DNA of 64,000 bases from Trichoplax adhaerens. Its lineage: Eukaryota > Animalia > Placozoa. The first letter of the stretch is position 1. The number at the start of each line of letters is the position of its first letter. The stretch is from contig NW_002060959.1 in assembly GCF_000150275.1 (NCBI RefSeq), positions 184,371-248,370 on the forward strand, read 5' to 3'. This document shows, one piece after another, positions 23,873 through 36,446 of the stretch. The notes under the pieces were generated by a model that saw only the letters and a list, made by a program, of their open reading frames with translations, searched no databases and was not told the origin of the DNA. The position numbers were made by a program, and so were the translations under genes.

Positions 23873-26585
23873 TGCTGATAGAAAGAATTGAATCATCAAG
23901 CTGAAGACTTTTCCACGAACTGATCACTGTCACATATTGGCTAACTACCTTATAGATCTGTGTTATGATAAATGTGCCGTTATGTAAATACATCTCATGT
24001 GTTATTGTTATTCTGATCTTATTGATATTATTGTAGGCATTAAGATACATCTATATATGTACTTGTTAGTTGTTTTTATGAATAGTATTAATTCTGTCCC
24101 TCGCGTAATCCCAAAGATCTAACCTGTTTGCGCTATACTATTTACCTGTCAACAGGCTCAGAGATCGCTATATAAATGAGCGCATCTCTTGCTAACGGTA
24201 GTATTATACCTCGTCTCTCTCTTGTTATCCTCTCTGTCTTTCTTTAATAAACATAGTTTTCTTGACTGTGAGTCGTACGTCTCTGCATACAACAGAATAT
24301 ATTACATCACCACTATGTTTTACGGAACTAATCAATCTGCTTAAAGTTTTGGTACTCTTCTATTAATTAATATATAGCACCGTATGGTGCTATGCATCTT
24401 AACTATTACAGTATACCTAGTATAATAATTGATTCTCGAAGGGAAATGCGTAAGTAGCCAATAATTGTTGTATCGCATGACGAGGACCGGGGTACCAGTA
24501 CTAATTCCCTTAGCAAAATTATAACATTATCTAGTATTAGCATAGCGACAATATTTATTCTTAGAAACCAAACTACGTCATATTCAGCTATCGTAGCAGT
24601 AAAATATGGAATACGTCACTATCGTTTCGGAGTTTCAATTTCTGGAATGTTAACAGTTTGATATGTGCGATCAGTCAAATCCTAAAACCTCGATAGAAGC
24701 TTTAAACCCAATAATTGGCTTTGAACCTACATTAGAGAGCTTTAAACTGATGAATACACGTAATATGCTCTAAAGATAGCGCTGTATTACCAAACATGAT
24801 CGGCTTAAAACTTAATTTTCAGTACCAGTAGGTATTTTATGTTAAGTATTATTTACCTTACTACAACTTCTGCAGTATTTAGAATTGTCAACCTTTTATC
24901 TTTACTATTGTAAGAAGATTATATAACATTCACGAGCTGTAAAGCCAAGCGACCGGGTAAATAATAATCAATCTCTTCTTGATATCTTAGAAATTAATGG
25001 TAATTGCTAAGGACAATTATTAAATTGAAATTGGATGATCTAGATCAATGTTCAATTAGCCAAAATAATCCTTAGCCTCAAAAATCGATTTAAAATCTAT
25101 TGTAGTATGTAGGTTCTTAACCCTTTACTTTATTAAGATATATTGTTCTACACTACACACTATCACTGTATTCTGTAACACAACTACTTTAATTAGCTGC
25201 AATCATTACAACCTTCCTTCAAATTCATCAACTTAATTACTGCATGCCCTTGTTAAAATCAAGGTAAAATTTTTTATTTACTTAATGAGAAGGTTTTATA
25301 GTTCAGCTAGGTATTATTACCATCATAAAATGTGCCTAACAGTGTATAAATAATGACGCAAAAATTAATTAGGTTAGTCGAGCAGAATAAATATTTAAGA
25401 ATTGCATAATTGCATTTAGTAATTCTAGTAATTATTCAGAATTAGATGGAAAGAAAACCGAAAGTATACCAATATTCATTTGTTTGCTGCTGAAATATCA
25501 CCTATCTCATTTAAATTTATATCAAGCTTGTAAATAAGCTAATGGAGGAGAAAATTTACTGAGTTTGAAATCTTTCAGCTATGTTTTACGAGTCCAAATG
25601 TTCATCAAAGTGACAGAAGTTTGTACGGTACCCAATACTTCAAGTTATGCACTGGAACACCTACAGCGATATCATTTGTTAGCATCAGATTTGCTATACA
25701 AATCTGAGATATCAAGTATATAAGTTGATTACTGTAATGTACTTACGTCCGTCAGTTTACACTACAGCCAATTTATGAACAGTAATTCCAATATGACATT
25801 TGAAAGCTAACCAAAACAGCCAATTGACGGCTAAATACGGAGATGGGAAACTCATTTTTTCTAAATACTACCACGAAGCAGCCTTTGTGAATCAATCAAA
25901 AGTTTACTATCTACTCCGTGTTGATCTTTGTTTAATCCTCCAGACCTGCATTAGAATAAATTAACTTATTATAGTATTTACTATAAGTAAGAGATAAATG
26001 ATAACGTTTATAGTTAAAGTCTTTATTGAACCAAATTATGAATTAGGATAGTGTACTCTACTACAGCATAATTGAAACTCCTTCTAAAAGAACAATATCA
26101 ATACCTTTATTTAGCTCTATGACTTTACACTGTTCATACAGATGCAAGGACTTATTCTCTGGATAGAACTTAACTACCATAACCCATAAATCTCGCAACT
26201 CTTATAACATATTAATATTAACAGCGTATTTACGCTGATTTAATTAAACCAGCAAATGCAAACTAGCACCAAACCACATTGAATACAGCAGTTTCCTCCC
26301 ACTTTGTATCTCATAAATTCTGTATTAAATGATCTGAATACATGTAAGAAATGACGAAAATTTCAGTCCGAAATATGCTTTATACTGCATCTAACCAAAT
26401 AGATGCGCTCTCATCGTCATGAATAGTTTCCCCAATTTAGTGAATAACTTATTGAAAAGACTGTCTGTCGGCCTGCTCGACTGATTATAGTTTATTGATC
26501 TATTAACAATGTAAAATAACGCACTTTCGGATACATTCAAAGATCTCTAGGAATCAGCAAAATGTACAAGAGATCTGGTACAGAA

Positions 26586-26608
26586 TAGCCAATGGGCGTG
26601 GCTAAGAT
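26586..26608. promoter_or_regulatory. Adjacent CCAAT box and GC box (NF-Y / Sp-KLF type); candidate promoter of the NB-ARC gene
   Basis: tagCCAATGGGCGTGGCtaagatg sits in an otherwise AT-rich background ~1.3 kb upstream of ATG 27938. Candidate 5'UTR donors (~26780, ~26810) and acceptors (~27809, ~27884) lie in between. Confidence 0.4.
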
Positions 26609-27937
26609 GTCAATCAGCCAGCTAAATAATGATAATTAATTAATTATATTATAAATACTGCACGTAAATTATGTAACGATTATCGAAACTATTTTCGTTA
26701 AATTTTTAGATGATAGTGGGCTTTTCGCAGATTAGCCATCTATTTCGTACTAATGATTTAAACTGGATGCTAAGCTGAAGGTAGATAGCCACAATCCCAA
26801 TATCAAAAGGTATCAGATATCTTATATTTAAGATACAATATTATCATATTCTCTTAAAAATTTTATTTGCAGTATATTTATAACAATTTTGGTAATTATA
26901 TTCATATTTTTCGCTATCAAAATCAGCTTCATTTCATGTAAATGCCGAGCTTAAATAAACTATTTATATTCTTTCCTTTGATATTTATATCGGTACATAG
27001 TGCTGTTGTAGAATAAAATCGATATATTATGCAACATTAAATTTATTGATTTACCTTAATACGATATTTTGAAGGTTAATGTAGGAATAATTATTCATTC
27101 AAAGATATGAGTCATATACTAAATCTATATCTATCATTGCTTCAGGGAGAAAGTAAAAAAGATCATTTGTGGGATAAAGATTTTTAAACAAAAAATGGGG
27201 AGATATCCTGCTATATTTAATTGTAGCACAGCAAATACTACAGTATTTAAGCCGAGAAAAAATTGATTATAATATTAAAATAGCGCCATGCAGAAAATAC
27301 AAAAACGGCTACTTCAATATAACCCACATGATAAAATCAGATGAAGACATTACTATAGTTAGCAACAATTACTTAGCTAATGACCTTGTCTAATAAATGG
27401 AGCAAATCAATTTAATTGTATCTCATTGCCTTTCTTTCTATATAAGAGTCTTTCTCCAATTTAGTCTTTATCTGCACCTAAAAAATTTAATTACCAATAT
27501 AAGATTAGTAGACTTGCATCGTAATTCCATTTGCACTAATGAGCTGGCAATAGAGTCTTATCAATAGCTTGCAATTAAAGTTCTAATACTGTTCACCTCA
27601 ATTCTTCTATCTATATTTTCTATAAATAAAGAATAAGTATGTGTATAGCAGGTAATTCATGTCAATCTTAATATCTATTAACTTTAAGAATTTATAAATG
27701 AGATTATGTGATAGTTAGAACTAACATTTACGAATGAATTGCAAGTACTAATGCTACGTCAAATTACCCATAATTTATCTCTTATTGTCCTATTTTGAAT
27801 TAATTCTAGCACAGCTAAACCGCAATAGAACACTTTTTACTGGCTTTCAATAATTTTCAAGCTATAACTTGCTAACTTATTTTAGCTCTTGCCCCGTGAA
27901 TCATACTTTGGCTTATTTGGTACTTACTTGAATCATC

Positions 27938-30900
27938 ATGCTAAGTGATTCAATCGTTGAAATCTTACGCCATTACGCTCAGGAGTTTAAAGCCACCATT
28001 CCTATTTCAGACATTTTAATTGCTCTCAAAATACACGGAGTTTTAGGATATGGTGATATAAACCGAATCAAGGAATTATCTGTGCTAGATGAAATGAATG
28101 ATTATTTTCTTGGGATCATCTTTGATAAATTCAGAGATCAAGAGTTTTATATACTATGTGATATCTTAAAGCAGCACAATATTAAAAGTGTGCAATTGTT
28201 TGGATTTCAGTTAGAAAGAGACGCTAAAGGTAATAATTATATCGCAGCTACCATGTTTCTTGTTTTATAAACTCGAGCTATAATACTATTTATAGTTAGG
28301 CAAAATCTTATCATTTTTAATCTTTACTTTAAAATCTACAAGTAATTGATATCTGTAATTACTAGAATAGATTAATTTGCAGAAGATATTATTGCGCTAA
28401 TAAAATAACGAGCCTTTACAGACTATCGTAGATCAGATCCATATAATCGTAGAATTGCAGATATAGTTTATAGAAAACTTAATTATTAGGCCTATATTTA
28501 ATTGAAGAGAAATCTCAAAGGAAAAGTGTCAATAACATAGAAGATCCAGTATCCCCAAAATCGGATACTATTCAAGCCGGTGAGTACGATATTATATAAA
28601 TAGATAATCGACCACAATTCTATGTTAAATGATGGCTATTAGTAATCAATAATTAAATTTTAAACTTAATTACATTATCTGTTTAACCTATAAGAGCAAG
28701 CGATTTACTGCTAAGCTTTCTAAAAAGTAAAGAAACGATATAAATGATATTTCTTCATTTGGAATCTATATTAAACAGAAGACATTGACAAGTATGGAAA
28801 GAACGTAAGCGTCACCATTGAAACCGTCGCAAACACTCTAACTGATAATGAGTACCTAGCCCTCGGTAAGAAATTACGCTAATGGTACAATTCACAAAAT
28901 ACAGTAGAGCTTAACATTATCTATGAGTATATGTTACGATGCGTAAGCTCGTCCAAATTATTCTTTAGAAGGATAGTTTTATTTTATGTGCGCTAAGAGT
29001 TTCTGACGAGACTATAAAAGGCTGGTGCCTGAAGACCCCTTTTTAGTTAGTTAGTCGATTAGATAGTCAACTAGTTTATCAATTGCTATTGAATTGTAAA
29101 GACTATTATCTTGGGTGCCAAGATTTCTTCTGTAATAAATAGTAGAAAACCTCTGACTACCTCATCTACACTATCCGTGACGCCATAATTATACTATAGT
29201 ATTCGGTCATTGGAACTGAATTATTTGGTGATATAGCTAATCTCACCTCTTTAAGTCAGTAAGTGGCGTTCTCCGTAAGGATTGGTGTGTGTAGACTACT
29301 TTATCACTAGTGATGTGTGACAGTATAATATAAGCAATCCATTTAGTGCAATACAACGAATAATTTTTAATTCCTTATAATCTCAAAGGGAGGTTGCTAG
29401 AACAGAATTCAGCTCGAATTTAACTAGTTTTAGTAAATTGCCACAATAGATATCTGTTACATTATTACCAACCAGTAAATTAAAATCAACTACTTAATTG
29501 GAATGAATCTGCTAGTAAATCAAATATTAATATGAATATTAGTATTTTATTGGCTTAAAGTTATTTCCACTCTAGCTTGTTACAATCGTAACTATAACAT
29601 AGTGATGAACAAACTTTATTAAATTATAACATATTAATTTTATTACGTAGATGCTAAAGCAGCTTCTATTCTTACTACAAATTCTTTACTGTCTAAAATT
29701 GTCCGTCGATTACATCACAATCTTAATGGTGAGATTATTCAAAATCAAGAATATTGGAAATGTATCAACGATCTTTACTCTTTGACCCCTTTTCAAGATC
29801 ATGAAATAGAGTCCATACTCTATTTTATTGTGAACCTTTGTGACTTCCAAAAAATACTAGATACCAAATGGCTCTATCCATTAGCTAGAACCGCTCGAAT
29901 TTTAATATTCAAATCATATTCAAATTTAAAAACTAATAGAATCAATTTCCACAGACTGTCATTGTATATACATACGGTATTAATTCGATCGCAATCAATT
30001 CGTCATTTTCGTAGCATTCCACAGAAAATCTTACCCCTTGAATTACTGATTACTGAGTTAAACATCATCGACTACCAACTCCGTAACATAAGCAATGAAA
30101 AGCTTTATCAAACCGAATTTGAGCCGTTTATTTCGTTTTATTGTCCTCAAAATCCAAATAAACCATCTCAAATGGACCGAAAGACTTCAAAGATACAATA
30201 TCAGATGTGGACATTATATGAACAACTCGATGAACAGAAGGAACATTACGCTGAACTGACTTATTTGATCATTGATACATTATCCACTATGATCAAAAGT
30301 AGCAAAAATTCTTCAATTCAGAAGCAATGTTACTTATCTATTACCGTTGTGGATGAAAAAATACAATCAGCAGATCACGAATATGGGATGCAGGATTATT
30401 TTTTTCAGCTCATCGATGAAGATATCAACAGTAATTGTATCCAAATACTACTAGCTAAATATATCATTGATGGGATTGATATTTTAGAATCCAAAACTAC
30501 ATTACTGCCATCATTGTACGATTGCATAGCCTCTGATTTACGTCACATTCGGTCTATAAATATTTGTATGCCTTATATTGACGACATGCTGAAGGATCTT
30601 AGTTACAGCAGCACAGTCACGACGACATCGGCAAATCACATCATGGAGTTATCTGGCCTTTATTTTACAGCGCTGGCAAATATGGGTAATATTCCATCGG
30701 TATTGAATGCTAGCGAAAAAATTGTCACTAGCCATCTGCAGAAGCATCTTCTAACAACCGAAATGAGTGTTAACCACTCTTCCAATGTGCAACCACCTCT
30801 GGTGGTGTTATTGCCGTCTCCAAATATGGAATTTGTTGGACGACAAGATTTACTTCAATTGATGAAACAGAATCTCGACGTTAACAACAATTGCTCAGTT

Positions 30901-32877
30901 TCAATGGTCAGCTTAGTCGGATTTGGAGGAGCAGGTAAAAGTACATTAGCTTTGCAATACGCACATAATCATATTAAATCACGAAGCTACGATGTTATTG
31001 CATGGATACGTGCGGAAACATTAGTTTCTCTACAATACGGACTAGTTTCATTAGCAATACAAATGTCTCAACATTTGTCTCATACCAGTAGTACATGTCC
31101 GGCATTACATACTCTAACATCTATATTAGCTAAATTTCAAGCTGATTCACCAATCAAGTCTAGTAGTTGTCGGAGTGCTATACTAAAAATTAATGCTTCT
31201 ACCCAAGAAATTGAAAGTGTAGTATCTAATGCTATAAAAATTCTGGAGACCTTCCACAATCTGAAGTATTTACTAGTATTTGATAATGCTGAAAATAAAG
31301 AACTGGTATCCGAATATTTTCCACTCTATGGTAATGGCCATATTATAGTTACTTCCCGTAATCTTAGTTGGCAACATCAAATTGATGTTTCTTTATTCGA
31401 TCGCGCATTATCTATTGAATATCTGACATCGGCATTATCGTCAAAGATCCAAGATTTGACAAATAATGCAGGCTTAAATGCATTAGCTGATGAATTAGGT
31501 GATTTACCGTTAGCCTTATCTCAAGCAGCCAATTACATGAAGCAAAACAGAATTGTTATTGATAAATTCGTTAAAAAGTTGGTCACTCAAAAAATTGCAG
31601 CTCTGCAAGTGTCAGCCTCAGCACTAAACGATTATACCCAATACAGCCAGAAACAATTTATGAATAATGGTAGTCAACACCAGTTAGCTATTAATTATCA
31701 AGAAAATCAGGAGCAAATGACTGTTTATATGCATAGACGATCTGTTTCTACAACTTGGAGTATGCACATGGATATTATTAAACGCGAAGATAAAACTGCT
31801 CTACTCTTAATGCAAATTATGGCTTATTTGTCCCCTAATGATATCCATTTAGCGCTTTTAAGAGAAATTCTACAAACTTTCGCTGAAGATACGGATGATT
31901 ACAAGAAAGAAATGCAAAACATTGATTCTTCTTTAATATTGTTAATTAATTATTCTCTAATTAATGGTCACAATGATACTTACTCTTTACATCGACTCTT
32001 ACAGTGTGTTATCAGACACAATAATCAACAATATAATCTTGATGTTACTATCTTACAACATTTATTCAACTACTTAGATCATCGCTTGACAGTAGTAAAT
32101 CGTGGTATGGATGGATGGTATTCAGGTGCAGATGTCATTACTCATGCAGAACTATGCTATCAGCATGCAGCTCATAGGGATTCATTTTTTCCAATGAGAA
32201 TCAAAATACTGAGACATCTATGTTATTTCCATGTGAGTACTAAAAATTATCGTAAAGCTAAAGTGTATGTAGAAGAAGCAATGCAGCTAATGGATACTAA
32301 GGAAGTTCAAATTAATGAAAAAATAAGCAAAGAAAACTCTGATCCGTATCTCGTTGACTATTATCACGATAAAGCCTTAATTTATTTTTGTTCCGGTAAA
32401 ATCGATGTATTTCCAATAAGAAATACTACAGCGAGGCAACGTTTATCAATAGCTTTAGATTTATTATTAAAATACCCATCTAACCCAATTGATTTAGCTG
32501 AAGTATACATAGCGCTCGCGTCAACAATAAGTGAAAATAAGAAAAATTATCAAAATTTGCATCAATATCTAGCGCTAGCAAAAGAAATATTAGATTCTCA
32601 TCCGATACCTCAAGATGTACATTGTCGATACTACAACCATACTGGACTATTACACTACTATGAAAATAATTATGATATAGCAATTAAGAATTGGCAATTA
32701 GCAGTTAAAACCAAGTCTGATTTGGTAGGAAATTGTCATTTAAGTATAGGTTTATATTACAGTAATTTAGGCCACGCATACTCCGGTTTACAAGACTATG
32801 CAAGCAGTTTAAGATATTTCGAGAAAGCATTAGAAATGAAATTAAATTACTCACAATTAAAGTGCTTACGTATATAA
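27938..32877 (+). CDS. CARD/death-fold-like, NB-ARC (STAND ATPase), TPR protein; 4 exons, ~1231 aa
   Basis: Exons 27938-28229, 28490-28579, 28779-28865 and 29651-32877. All introns are GT-AG and phase 1, giving one open frame of 3696 nt. Motifs: FVGR, Walker A GFGGAGKST, Walker B LLVFDNAE, IIVTSR, GDLPLALSQAA, YSLHRLLQ (MHD position), and C-terminal TPRs (YYSNLGHAYSGLQDYASSLRYFEKAL). Exon 1 encodes a ~95-aa helical CARD-like unit. Confidence 0.85.
28932..29190 (+). mobile_element. Solo-LTR-like element in intron 3 of the NB-ARC gene
   Basis: Begins TGTTACG, has TATAAAA at 29013, ttagttagttag, AATAAA at 29134 and a degenerate end cataat; tata is present on both flanks. Confidence 0.35.
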
Positions 32878-34642
32878 GAAATTATATCCAGCTTATGAAC
32901 ATTACTAAATCCTCTATTATCTATAATGAGACAATGGGGAATAGACTTAATTTGCACAAGGAAGACAAGAAATGAATTACCATCTGTTTTTCTAACATGT
33001 AGCTCTACTTCCTAATATATAAAATTAGTGGCTCAAGCTAAGCCAAATATTGCAATACTTATTATATTCATTTTTTGTATGAATATCCATAGGCCTATGT
33101 AAGACGGTGTAATATTTTATTCTAAGTTGATGATATATTTAGTAATGTCTACTGTAGTTATAGTATTTAAGGTGTGATAGATATTCTGTTAGATGCTTAA
33201 GTTTTAAATATAGCTAGCTTAGTAACTGCATCCTTTTGAAGAGTAGTGCTACAGTGCTCAGCCTAGAGCTTCACATGAAAGATGTAAACTATCCTGTATT
33301 TAAGATTCTAATACTGAAGTGTGTAGTCAGTAAGGTGCTAAGATTCTTAACGCGGAAATATGTATAAGCGGGTAGTTTAGTAAAATAGTTCTTTTTCGTT
33401 AGAGGTCCTTAGCTTATCGATTACGTAGTATCTTTGTAAACGAGGTTTTGTTCAATAAATCATAATTTTCTAAAGTCTTGGACATTCTTTATCTATCAAC
33501 CTCACAGCCTATTATGATAGAAGCTGATTTATAGTTTTGCCTGTAAGGTTGCTTAGTGTATTGCTTACCTATTTTAAGTTGGCCTGGGTAAATATTCTGT
33601 CTTTATATATGCTTACCAGTGCATAGTATCTACAAATTAATGATAATTACAAATTTATGGTCATACCAAATGACTTATAATTATCGCATAGGCCGCTATA
33701 TTAATTTATGGCATGGTCGTGCGATGACAGAATAATATTTAAACATCAAATAAACTTTCTGATATTAAGAATTTCACTGCAGTATTTGAATCTATGCTGT
33801 TCCATACCTTAAAAATCTGGAAAATAAAATTAATTCGAAAGAAGACATCTGGTAGATAGCAGATCGAGTCGGTGTGTAACCTGGGCATATCACTTTTTAT
33901 ATAATAAATTTTTTATCAGATTTTGACCGTAGAGAATCTCATACATCGCGAAACGTTTTCATTATCGATTTTAAAACTCACAGTATCAAATTATAGATTG
34001 AAATGATACTCTATGGGCTCAAAAATGATCTGATTTATAGTTCATTAAATTCGCAGGTATAATCATTTGCCTTCTGAATTCTTCCTTTCCCTTAACTAAA
34101 TACTATAGATATACTAGTAAGTATTGTCGATATATCGAAAAATGAAATTTTAACAGCGACTTGGCTAACGTATATTAGTACCTTATTATGCCAGTTGAAA
34201 CCTTTTTATCTACCTATCTGGTTGCAAGAGGTTAAAATTTTTACACGATGATAAGATCTTCCATCCTTTTCGGTATTTCTTTTCGATTGGTCAGATACGT
34301 TTATTATTATTAAACTGTATCAAAAATTATCCTATCTTGTATCATCCTAATCGAATAGTTTAGTTAGCATGCATTCCCTCCATATATTCTTATTTCCTAC
34401 TTTATACTACATTTATGATATTTTTTATCATCGCCTCTTCAATTCAAGATCACCTTTATATACCGAATACTGCCCAATTTGATACTTGCAAAATTTTTTA
34501 AATGCGTATTAATATACACACACTCTTTAGCAGCGTTGCACGTATTCCAATAAATATAAAGGTATCACTCTTAATTATTTTTCTCTATATATAATTAATT
34601 ACTGCAGTATCCTGCTTATATTGAAGTAAAAAAAATTAAATC

Positions 34643-36446
34643 ATGGCAAATGCCAGTGGACTCTCGGGTGCTCCATTACCAAACAGGAAATCATCTGCAA
34701 GCGAAACAACTACCGATGAAGAAGAAAGTGGTTCAAGTGTACTTTCAGAAAATAGCAGCTCTAAGCCGTATGCAATAAGAAGATAATTCATGAATTTTCA
34801 ACTTGCTTCACGGTTTTTGTACCATACTTTATTTCTAAGAGGGACTAAATTATTTTAAAATTAAAAGTACTTGCTTAAATCGTTCTATGTCTTAGAATGC
34901 CAAGTTTTTCCTTGATTGAATATGATACGATTTCCGAATTCTATAGTCATCGACAGAAAGCAGCCTATCTGCTGGTATCAAAATCAACTAACTACTCTTA
35001 TTTCTTGGCAATAAGTTACTAAGTAGTGAAGCAATGCGATATAAAGCTATTTCAAGCTAAGATTAGTTTTAAGAATCAAAATTAATAAATTATAATCAAT
35101 AGATGAAGCTTTCTGTATCTAGGTAATTATTCAGATAGCTCGTCGATTGCCTAAGCAATTCATGAAGAGTTTTAGTAAGCTTTTTATGACAAAAGTAAAA
35201 TTTGAAGGAAATGATCGTCAATCATCCTTATAGAAGTATCTTTATTTCAAATTACTGTGTAGGATCAGTTATCAGACCTAGATATGCCTATAATATTTTA
35301 GGATTAAAGTAAGATATCCCAACAAAGAGTGAAAAAATACCAATATAGTTTTAGCTTGATTCAAGTTCATTTTTTTTATAGTTGTCGTTGTGCCGTGCAG
35401 TTAGATTTGAAACATGACTGTTTACTTTCCGTGATTATTTACTTCTGTCCCCATCATAATCCACAATTTTAAAGATAAATTTCGGATCAGCACGCGTTAA
35501 TTGAATAACTTAAACTTTTTAAAAATTTCATACCTAAATTCTTCACCTAAAATCTGGTGAAAACTTAATAAACCAGCTCAATATTGATGCAAATTTGAGT
35601 AATAATTCATTAGTAAGTCAAACATTACTATAAAGTCATGAACACAATTAACTAAACTGAATCTATGTAAAAAAAACCTTGTTTTCAATAACTTAAATTA
35701 TCTTCCACTTTAGAGGACCTATGGTTTGGTCAAGCACTCATAATTCGTATCTACTACGTGAAATCTTTGCTAATAAACCGTGGATACATCGTTTTCAATC
35801 TGTTGATAGAGGCGCTGTCTGGCGAAAAATTGCTGAGAATTTAAACGCATGCCAATCAACAATATTCCGCGTTGATCATAGGAGTGTTCGCGACCATTAT
35901 AATGTCTTAAAAAATAAATACCACAAAAAGCAAAGGGATAAAACCTGGTCAGGTGGAATTGGGTTAGAAGAAATGGATGATGAGAGATTACTAGCTGAAA
36001 CTATAGACAGATTTGCGGAGTACGACTGGCAACACCGTAAGAAACAACGAGCAGCATTGCAGGATAAACAAAAGAAATCACAGCGCACATTGATGGAGAA
36101 CCTTAGTAAAACATTTAACAGCCGAGACCGTTTGGAAAATGATGGGGATGAGCCTGCATCTCCTAGTAAAATCGCAATCATGGATACCAGCATTTGCCTT
36201 ATAACAGAAAAAAGTGATCGGGATCGACAACTAAAACTGAAAGAGATGACACTTTTATCTGACTTATATAAAAACTTGATGGAGAAAATACAGGAAAACT
36301 TTAAAGAACAAAGGCACACTCAAGAAAAATATCTGGAGGTTATAGAGGAGAGTCAAAGGCAAACAAAGACATTAATTAGTAATCAACTTGAAATGATACG
36401 GGTGCTAGCTAACATACTAGAAATGCAACAGGAAAAGTATCAGTAA
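34643..36446 (+). CDS. Myb/SANT-like (trihelix-type) DNA-binding protein with C-terminal coiled coil; 2 exons, ~285 aa
   Basis: Exon 1 is 34643-34767 (MANASG...SKP, donor gtatgc). It joins in phase 2 to exon 2, 35714-36446 (acceptor ctttag), in frame with the ORF at 35721. The pattern W..H...LLREI....RGAVWRKIAENLN....FRVDHRSVRDHYNVLK is Myb/SANT-like, and the C-terminus is E/Q/K-rich with heptads. Confidence 0.8.

Noticed and set aside
35897-36319. 140-aa minus-strand ORF
   Set aside because: Antisense shadow of the Myb-like/coiled-coil gene.
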